Positions 25,929 to 32,000 of a stretch of DNA of 32,000 nt are shown here, piece by piece. This DNA is from Candidatus Saccharimonadota bacterium (GTDB taxonomy: Bacteria; Patescibacteriota; Saccharimonadia; Saccharimonadales; Saccharimonadaceae): the NCBI GenBank assembly GCA_016700015.1, contig CP064995.1, positions 480,001-512,000 on the forward strand, read 5' to 3'. Position 1 is the stretch's first letter. Each line of letters opens with the position of its first letter. A model generated the notes under the pieces. It saw only the letters and a list, made by a program, of their open reading frames with translations. It searched no databases and was not told the origin of the DNA. A program made the translations under genes and the position numbers.

Positions 25929-26186
25929 GTGGCTACCTACGCCGATCTGCGCGCACTTCGCGAACAAACGTTTGCGCACTGTGTAGAGGTCACGGAAGCA
26001 ATCAATCAGGCTTTCAGCACCGGTTCTTCCTACTGGTCTGATGGGCTTAGTCATGCTGGAACCACGCTCAATAGCCTTGTCCAAGCAGTGCGGCTGCTCG
26101 ATGACGAGCTGGCAAGTATGAAACCCCAGGACGCACCAGCGCCGAAGGATGAGTTATACAACGGGGTTATCCTCCTCGAGGGCTAG
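25929..26186 (+). CDS. Hypothetical 85-aa protein, second gene of the GC-rich cassette
   Basis: GTG start with AAGGAGAG 4 nt upstream, 10 nt after the preceding stop. Followed by a 15-bp perfect hairpin terminator. Confidence 0.5.
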   Translation: MATYADLRALREQTFAHCVEVTEAINQAFSTGSSYWSDGLSHAGTTLNSLVQAVRLLDDELASMKPQDAPAPKDELYNGVILLEG

Positions 26187-26199
26187 CCCATCCGCACCG

Positions 26200-26244
26200 C
26201 CCCGAGCCTTGGCAACCTGCCAAGGCTCGGGGCACTTTTCGTTT
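26200..26244 (+). terminator. Intrinsic terminator
   Basis: CCCCGAGCCTTGGCA-ACC-TGCCAAGGCTCGGGG followed by CACTTTTCGTTT. Confidence 0.7.
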
Positions 26245-26258
26245 GCTATACTAGCTAT

Positions 26259-27101
26259 ATGCGTCATGAACTGACTATCGGCACCCAGCACTTTGTGTAT
26301 TGGATTCATCATCCAGCGGCTACCAAAACCATCGTCATGATCCATGGTTTTACTGGCAATCACAAGGGGTTTCAGTATATCGTTCCACTCCTCCCAGATT
26401 TTCGCTGCATCGTGCTCGACCTACCCGGCTTTGGCGAGAGTAGCCTACCGGATCGTGAGAACTGGACTATTGATGCTATTGCACGGCTCGCCAACGATTT
26501 TGTACACTCACTTGACCTCAAAGAGCCACCCTATATATTTGGACATAGCATGGGTGGACTAGTGGTGAGTAGCATGCTCCACCAGGCGCCTGATTTGTAT
26601 GATCAGCGCGGTGTGTTGCTGAGCCCCGTACCTACAGCTATCCGTCGTAACGATAGCCGACGCGCCGGCGCTATTTTGGGCGCATTGCAATACGGACTCG
26701 GCTACCGCTTACCAAAAGCAGGTGAGCGAGTGGTTAAAAGCAAAACGATCGCACGCATCGCCACTAAACTGATCATGACCACCACTGATCGTGAGCTACG
26801 GCGGGCAATTCATGGCCATCACTTCGATAACTTAGACTACATTAGTAGTATTGAGTTTTATAGCAAATTACACCATGACATCAATCGCCGTGGGTCAATC
26901 GACTTTGCCAGCAGTTTACGAAAGCGTGAGCTACTGCTTGTCCTTGGAGCCGACGACAATGTTGCGCCCCTAAAAGAGCAAGAGAAATTCATTGCAGCTA
27001 TTAAGCCCCTTGTAGTTGAGATTATTCCCGGTGTCGGTCACCTAGCACACTACGAACAGCCCGCGCGCGTAGCACACGCTATCGCGCAATTCCTCACCTA
27101 G
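26259..27101 (+). CDS. Alpha/beta-fold hydrolase
   Basis: HGFTGN oxyanion region, nucleophile elbow GHSMGG and C-terminal GVGHLAH. TGCTATACT lies 6 nt upstream of the ATG. Confidence 0.85.
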   Translation: MRHELTIGTQHFVYWIHHPAATKTIVMIHGFTGNHKGFQYIVPLLPDFRCIVLDLPGFGESSLPDRENWTIDAIARLANDFVHSLDLKEPPYIFGHSMGGLVVSSMLHQAPDLYDQRGVLLSPVPTAIRRNDSRRAGAILGALQYGLGYRLPKAGERVVKSKTIARIATKLIMTTTDRELRRAIHGHHFDNLDYISSIEFYSKLHHDINRRGSIDFASSLRKRELLLVLGADDNVAPLKEQEKFIAAIKPLVVEIIPGVGHLAHYEQPARVAHAIAQFLT

Positions 27102-28388
27102 CTACTGTTCATCGTATTCGTCGGGGTCGGCTTCACGCCAGTTGCGCAGGTAGTCGGCCAAGTAGCTCTCACGCAAACGGTCGCGCCAACCTGTGGGGCG
27201 GGCGGCAACTTCTTTGCGTTTGGATTTGATAGTGCGCGTGTAGAGTGCTTCAAATTGCTTGAGCGTATGGCGCAGATCGTGTGTGCGAGCAATACGGAGC
27301 GACTCTTTGCTAAACTTTGCTCGCAACTTACGATCACGCAAAATTGCAATAATACCATCGGCCATCTGATCATCGTCATCAAGATCAAACAAATAGCCGT
27401 TCTTGCCATCATGACATAGCTCGGCTAGCGCACCCGCGTCGACAGCTACAACCGGCTGACCACATGCCATTGCTTCCAGCGTGGCGATACTTTGCAGCTC
27501 GGCAGGCGAGGGAATGGCATACAGCGTACCCACATGCTCAAGTGCCAGCTTGTCTTCATCTGACACGCGTCCAGTGAACGTCACATGGTCGGCAATGCCA
27601 TACTCATCGGCTAAATCAATCAACACATCAAGATCAACACCAGACCCCACAATAAGCAGATGTGCGTCAACCGCCTCTAGTACGGTCTTAAACGCGGTCA
27701 CAAGCACCGACAGGTGTTTTTCGGCATCGACCCGCCCGATATAGGTCACAATCGGACGATCAGTAGGCAGATCGTATTTGCCATAGATACGCGCATCGGG
27801 TGTAGCGGGCCCATACTCGTCGAGATTAACGCCGTTGCTAATGATCTCAATCGGTCGCGATACTTTTTCGGCACGCCCACCAAACGATTCCAGGCCGCTC
27901 GCCGTTGGGCTTGTGATCACGTCGGCGCGCGAGTGAAAACGCAACCCATACTCTGAGAGCATGTAGTTGATGGGTCGCGACAGTACGGCAGCCTTTTTGA
28001 GATTGTCCATCAAGTTCTCGGCCATCGCATGACTAGTGGTCACGACCGGAATATCTGCCCGTCGGCCAAAAAACATCGCCGCTTGACCAATCCAGAGCAG
28101 CATCTGAATATGAATGATATCAGGCTCAAACTCCTGGATAATCTTGCGCACCTCTAGCTGCGGCGTTGGACTGATGCGGAAATTCTGATAGAAGGGAAAT
28201 ATCGTTGAGCGAACACGGTAAATTGTGTAGTTGCCATCCACTTCAACCGACTTCTTACCATCCTGGCTGGGAGCAATCACGACTACCTCGTGGCCACGTG
28301 ATGCCATGCCTTGCGCCAAATTACGACTAAATGTTGCCACCCCGTTAATCACCGGCCAATGCAAATCACTCGCAATAAGAATTTTCAT
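27102..28388 (-). CDS. GT4-family (GT-B fold) glycosyltransferase
   Basis: MKILIASDLHWPVINGVATF.. N-terminus and C-terminal ..ELQSIATLEAMACGQPVVA.. (E-x7-E region). Start set to ATG 28388, because the ORF-track ATG 28397 overlaps the TGCTATAAT -10 box. Confidence 0.9.
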   Translation of the reverse strand: MKILIASDLHWPVINGVATFSRNLAQGMASRGHEVVVIAPSQDGKKSVEVDGNYTIYRVRSTIFPFYQNFRISPTPQLEVRKIIQEFEPDIIHIQMLLWIGQAAMFFGRRADIPVVTTSHAMAENLMDNLKKAAVLSRPINYMLSEYGLRFHSRADVITSPTASGLESFGGRAEKVSRPIEIISNGVNLDEYGPATPDARIYGKYDLPTDRPIVTYIGRVDAEKHLSVLVTAFKTVLEAVDAHLLIVGSGVDLDVLIDLADEYGIADHVTFTGRVSDEDKLALEHVGTLYAIPSPAELQSIATLEAMACGQPVVAVDAGALAELCHDGKNGYLFDLDDDDQMADGIIAILRDRKLRAKFSKESLRIARTHDLRHTLKQFEALYTRTIKSKRKEVAARPTGWRDRLRESYLADYLRNWREADPDEYDEQ

Positions 28389-28428
28389 GTGACTCATTAT
28401 AGCACCTGTTCTTTGCTATACTAGCCGT

Positions 28429-29529
28429 ATGAAGCTGATCTACGATGCCCGCTGGCTACCCCTTGACGGCAAGTTCGACGGTGTTGGTCGCTACAGTCAA
28501 GAGCTTGGTGCGGCACTGGCCACGCAGCCAGACGTTGATGTTACCTGGCTCGTACACGACGAGCGACAGCTTGAGCTACTGCCCGAGCGACCACATGTCA
28601 TAGGTAATAAACCCGATGATATATGGGGTGAGCTACGCCACTTGTCGTCCACACTAGAAACAGCTAACCCTGACATTGTTTATTCGCCGTTCTTTTTGGC
28701 AGCGCTCGCGCGCGGGAAGTACCGACTCATTGTCACAATCCATGACACCATCTACTACCACTACCGCACACCGCCCCATTGGCTGCCGTGGTATGTCCGC
28801 GCAGCCTGGTGGCTGTTTCATGCCAGCAAAACGCCGATGCGCTGGCTCTTAAACCGCGCTGACGCCGTAGCGACAGTAAGCGACACTGCAAAGCAGGAAA
28901 TTCTTGACTGGAAGCTCACCAAGCGGCCAGTCGTAGCAGTTAAAAATGCCGTATCTGACAAGTTTCAGGCCGATACATCGCGCCACACCTCACGCGCAGC
29001 GTCGAACATTGTCGTACACCATGGTGCGGTTACGCAGTATAAAAATGTCGAACTTATCATCGACGCGCTACCGCTGGTGCCTGACGTAGCGTTTCACATG
29101 CTCGGCCGAGTACCAGCCGCTCGTATGCGCAACCTCACTGCGCGTATACAAAGCAGGGGAGTCACCGAACGCGTTACAATTCACAATGGTGTCAGTGACG
29201 AAGAATTACTCGCCATGCTCGGCACCTGCCGCTGTCTCATAAGCCCTAGCCGTATCGAAGGCTTTGGCCTGCCGGTTATCGAGGCCCAGCTGCGTGGCGC
29301 ACCTGTCATTTGTGCCGACACTCCCATTTACCATGAGGTAGGTGGTGATAGCGTGCTTTATGTCGGTACTGATGATATCGAAGCTTGCGCTAATGCTATA
29401 CGGCAGCTCGCCGACCCACACCTTAGTGAACGACTAGTCGAGGCAGGAACACGGAACGCTCATACCTTTTCATGGGACAAAAGCGCCGCTCAAGCGTTGG
29501 CGATCTGCCAGTCACTTCGGCAGATATAA
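28429..29529 (+). CDS. GT4-family (GT-B fold) glycosyltransferase
   Basis: C-terminal SRIEGFGLPVIEAQLRGAPVI motif. TGCTATACT lies 6 nt upstream of the ATG. Confidence 0.85.
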   Translation: MKLIYDARWLPLDGKFDGVGRYSQELGAALATQPDVDVTWLVHDERQLELLPERPHVIGNKPDDIWGELRHLSSTLETANPDIVYSPFFLAALARGKYRLIVTIHDTIYYHYRTPPHWLPWYVRAAWWLFHASKTPMRWLLNRADAVATVSDTAKQEILDWKLTKRPVVAVKNAVSDKFQADTSRHTSRAASNIVVHHGAVTQYKNVELIIDALPLVPDVAFHMLGRVPAARMRNLTARIQSRGVTERVTIHNGVSDEELLAMLGTCRCLISPSRIEGFGLPVIEAQLRGAPVICADTPIYHEVGGDSVLYVGTDDIEACANAIRQLADPHLSERLVEAGTRNAHTFSWDKSAAQALAICQSLRQI

Positions 29530-29533
29530 AGTA

Positions 29534-29559
29534 CCGGAAGTGGCGAGTACCACTTCCGG
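29534..29559. terminator. Hairpin between convergent genes
   Basis: CCGGAAGTGG-CGAGTA-CCACTTCCGG (10 bp perfect). No clear U-tract on either side. Confidence 0.45.
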
Positions 29560-29568
29560 GTGGGCCAA

Positions 29569-30150
29569 TCATCGAGGTGATTGGTATTGTTCTGCTTGAG
29601 TGCGTGTCTCTGGGCGCGAGGTTGCGCGGCTCCATTTGAGAGCGAGCGCCGGAACAGCACACGCACCGAGGGCAATCAGCGTGAGAGTAAGCACGTCGGC
29701 TAGGGCAGCGAGCTGCACCAACACCGTGACAAGCGTCAGGGTAAACCACCACCCAAACACAACGTCAGTGATTTCCGCCGCCCGCGGCCACCCGAGTCGT
29801 ATAAATGACTGAACGAGCACGATAAACACCAGGCTCACTCCCATGAATATCCCCGCGATCAACAGCCAGTGCGGAACGGCGGCAACGAGAGCCACCATAC
29901 CACCAATGCTCAGCGCGCTATCAGGGATGTTGTCGAGCAAGTGCGGGTCGATGCGCCGCCAGGGTAGACGCCGTACATCCTCAGAGCTATACGGCCATCG
30001 TCGTGCAGCGATGCCGTCAAGCATGTCGGTCACGATCGCCACACAGTACATAATGAGTGCCGCTAGCCATAGGTGCTGCAGTATCGCGACCACTACGGTG
30101 CCCGCAAGCAGCAGGCGGCAGAGCGTCAGCAGATCGGCAAAGTACTTCAT
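29569..30150 (-). CDS. CDP-alcohol phosphatidyltransferase family protein
   Basis: 193-aa polytopic protein with DMLDGIAARR (D-x2-D-G-x2-A-R). TGATATAAT promoter and AAGGAGC SD lie upstream. Confidence 0.85.
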   Translation of the reverse strand: MKYFADLLTLCRLLLAGTVVVAILQHLWLAALIMYCVAIVTDMLDGIAARRWPYSSEDVRRLPWRRIDPHLLDNIPDSALSIGGMVALVAAVPHWLLIAGIFMGVSLVFIVLVQSFIRLGWPRAAEITDVVFGWWFTLTLVTVLVQLAALADVLTLTLIALGACAVPALALKWSRATSRPETRTQAEQYQSPR

Positions 30151-30320
30151 GGCAATAGCTCCTTGTCTCTTGTCTACGTCACGAAAATTATCTGTATTAT
30201 ATCACTTCATAATTGTTATCGCAAATCAATCGTTATCCATGTTTGTGTTTTATGAATAAAGATAGTATAATATTGCATGATAGGGTGCCGCTGGCGCTCT
30301 CGTACCAGAGGAGTGTCCTC

Positions 30321-30830
30321 ATGAACCGTACTCACAGCCCCTTCGCATGGCTGATCGGCCTACTAGCCGCCAGCTTCATCGTGTCAGGTGTGGCGACCGT
30401 CATCGCCTCCCCCAGTGGCATCAGCGTGCTCATCATACTTTGCACTGGTTTTGCATGCGTGCTAGTGTGGGCGGTAAGTCTCGATTACTACCGCAAACCT
30501 CGCCTACACACATCAATCATGACAGACTTGTGGGTGATTCGCAGAAACCCAACACTTCACAAGAACTTCACGCTGAGCGATCTGGCCGAGAGCGGCAATG
30601 ACGTCGCCTACATGACCCTCAAGTCCGGTGCGTCGTATCGACTCGGGCCGGTGAGCACCCTGACTGACTTCACGGCACGCGTGGGTGACCTCGTGACCAT
30701 CAAGCGCACGGGTGGCATTGTGACTGGTAACTGGAGGGCCGAGGTCATCTCGGTCGTGCCGGCCGAGCTGCTGCCGCTGGCAAAAGGAACGCCCGCGCCC
30801 AGCCAAGCTCCACCCAAGGCCGCATCGTGA
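30321..30830 (+). CDS. Hypothetical 169-aa protein (2 N-terminal TM helices plus a soluble domain), GC-rich cassette
   Basis: MNRTHSPFAWLIGLLAASFIVSGVATVIA..VLIILCTGFACVLVWAV.. SD-like AGAGGAG lies 7 nt upstream of ATG 30321, an internal start of the ORF-track 30213 ORF. Confidence 0.55.
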   Translation: MNRTHSPFAWLIGLLAASFIVSGVATVIASPSGISVLIILCTGFACVLVWAVSLDYYRKPRLHTSIMTDLWVIRRNPTLHKNFTLSDLAESGNDVAYMTLKSGASYRLGPVSTLTDFTARVGDLVTIKRTGGIVTGNWRAEVISVVPAELLPLAKGTPAPSQAPPKAAS

Positions 30831-31021
30831 TCTGGGTTATTGTCGGCCTGCTGGCAATCGTCGTTGGCGTCGTCCTCACCACGCACGGCTTCACCATGCA
30901 CATGCTCGGCTCGGGCGGCGGAGATACGTTCTCCGACCTCGGCATGGGCAAGTGGGTCATGGTACTCGGGGTTGTCATTGCGGCAACCGGAGCATGGCTC
31001 ACCCTTGCTCACGTCGGCTAA
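30827..31021 (+). CDS. Hypothetical 64-aa two-TM protein, translationally coupled to 30321..30830
   Basis: The GTG start overlaps the upstream TGA stop (GTGA). Sequence: MIWVIVGLLAIVVGVVL..WVMVLGVVIAATGAWL. Confidence 0.5.
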   Translation: MIWVIVGLLAIVVGVVLTTHGFTMHMLGSGGGDTFSDLGMGKWVMVLGVVIAATGAWLTLAHVG

Positions 31022-31029
31022 CCGACACT

Positions 31030-31070
31030 GGCGTCTGCGCGTTCACGCGTGCAGGCGCCGTTTTCATTTT
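31030..31070 (+). terminator. Intrinsic terminator of the 30321-31021 unit
   Basis: GGCGTCTGCGCG-TTCA-CGCGTGCAGGCGCC (12 bp with a 2-nt bulge) followed by GTTTTCATTTT. Confidence 0.5.
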
Positions 31071-31084
31071 GCTATAGTAGAGGT

Positions 31085-31492
31085 ATGTCGACACTATTTG
31101 ACCACATCGCCATATGGCTGCTCGATCTCGTCAGCAGTACCAGGCGTGTCGCAGGGCTTTACCTCGCCAATTTCATATTTTGTACGCTCGTGTATATGTT
31201 TGCCGAACATGTGAGTTTGTTCGACGCTATGTGGTGGTGCATTGTCACGTGGTTTACAGTAGGATACGGAGATAATATCCCGCACACAATAGAAGGTAAG
31301 TTATTTACGATGTATGCCATTATTACGTCGCATGCACTCATTGTGCTGATTACTGCTAACTTTGTGATAATGCTGGGCCGCTACCGCAATAAACGTCATG
31401 CCCACCGTTATGACTTTTGCAAAAAACACCGTGAAGCTCTGTCCGAATCAGTCACGTGTGAGGAATGTAACTCTCCGCTATCATTTTTCTAG
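31085..31492 (+). CDS. Minimal 2-TM potassium channel (TVGYGD selectivity filter) with a Cys/His-containing tail
   Basis: ..MWWCIVTWFTVGYGDNIP.. pore helix plus filter between two TM helices. Tail: HAHRYDFCKKHREALSESVTCEECNSP. Start set to ATG 31085 (TGCTATAGT 6 nt upstream). Confidence 0.85.
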   Translation: MSTLFDHIAIWLLDLVSSTRRVAGLYLANFIFCTLVYMFAEHVSLFDAMWWCIVTWFTVGYGDNIPHTIEGKLFTMYAIITSHALIVLITANFVIMLGRYRNKRHAHRYDFCKKHREALSESVTCEECNSPLSFF

Positions 31493-31494
31493 CG

Positions 31495-32000
31495 CTAGAG
31501 TGTAATCAGTGTGCCAACTTGTTCGCCGGCCGCTGCTCGCGCTATATTGCCTTCGGTGAGCAGCGCACAAATAATCACTGGTTTTTTGTCTTCCATCGCA
31601 AGCCCAATAGCAGCCTTGTCCATAACAGCGATGTTGGGGTTGCTCAGTGCTTCTTGGTAGCTAATTTTGTCGAATTTTCGCGCAGATGAGTCTTTGGCAG
31701 GGTCGGCGTTGTACACACCATCGACTTTGGTCGTTTTTATAACGACATCGCACTTCATTTCGAGTGCTAAGCTCAGCGCCGCGGTATCAGTAGTGAGGAA
31801 TGGTCGGCCAATACCACCACCGACTATCACCACACGACCCTTGCCAAGATGGTGCTCAGCGCGGCGATACGTGTAGCGATCAATAAATTGTTCGACTGGT
31901 ACACTACTCAGCGCCACGGTCGGCACATGCATAGCGTTAAAGATATCACTTACCACCACGGCGTTCATAATCGTCGCGAGCATACCGGTGTTATGCGCTG
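31495..32000 (-). CDS. pyrH: UMP kinase, C-terminal part (the gene continues past the window end)
   Basis: ..VVIVGGGIGRPFLTTDTAALSLALEMKCDVVIKTTKVDGVYNADP.. is classic PyrH. The ORF-track Met at 31983 is internal. Confidence 0.9.
   Translation of the reverse strand, partial: AHNTGMLATIMNAVVVSDIFNAMHVPTVALSSVPVEQFIDRYTYRRAEHHLGKGRVVIVGGGIGRPFLTTDTAALSLALEMKCDVVIKTTKVDGVYNADPAKDSSARKFDKISYQEALSNPNIAVMDKAAIGLAMEDKKPVIICALLTEGNIARAAAGEQVGTLITL

Noticed and set aside
25648-26084. ORFs 25648..25905(-), 25666..25986(+) and 25902..26084(-)
   Set aside because: These are alternative frames over the GC-rich two-gene cassette. The chosen frames have SD sites and encode clean TM helices.
24097-26250. 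Integron-cassette interpretation (attC sites) for the GC-rich units
   Set aside because: The 3' hairpins end in T-runs like terminators and lack the RYYYAAC/GTTRRRY core sites. Each unit carries its own promoter, and no intI gene is present.

Overview
About 50% GC bacterial chromosome segment. The gene content fits a reduced-genome, epibiont-like lineage, possibly CPR/Saccharibacteria-like, but this is inference only. It includes several type IV pilin-like proteins, one compact complete F1Fo ATP synthase operon, short housekeeping proteins and envelope glycosyltransferases. Core genes are a TRAM/SAM RNA uracil methyltransferase, a pilin cluster, a UvrD/AddA-like helicase-nuclease, tRNA-Arg(UCU), dus, a GT2, atpZBEFHAG-orf-DC, a PilX-N/RCC1/ricin adhesin candidate, a glutaredoxin-like protein, an ABC-F ATPase, smpB, an alpha/beta hydrolase, two GT4 glycosyltransferases, a CDP-alcohol phosphatidyltransferase, a mini K+ channel and partial pyrH. 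Short, strikingly GC-rich units sit between these genes (50 of 70 nt G+C where hand-counted). Most have an AT-rich -35/-10 promoter, and each carries either a heavily structured RNA or small Shine-Dalgarno-led ORFs, usually followed by a strong hairpin terminator. In contrast, at least 13 core genes carry a TGnTAnnnT-type -10 box only 6-7 nt upstream of the start codon, which suggests leaderless mRNAs. The items most worth follow-up are four. First, an orphan ~375-nt multi-helix RNA gene at 5486-5862 that I could not assign to RNase P, tmRNA, SRP or a riboswitch by eye. Second, two tandem tRNA-shaped elements without a normal anticodon arm just upstream of tRNA-Arg. Third, the set of GC-rich small-gene cassettes flanking smpB and the K+ channel. 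Fourth, an extra translationally coupled ORF between atpG and atpD. I saw no CRISPR array, transposase, integrase or rRNA.
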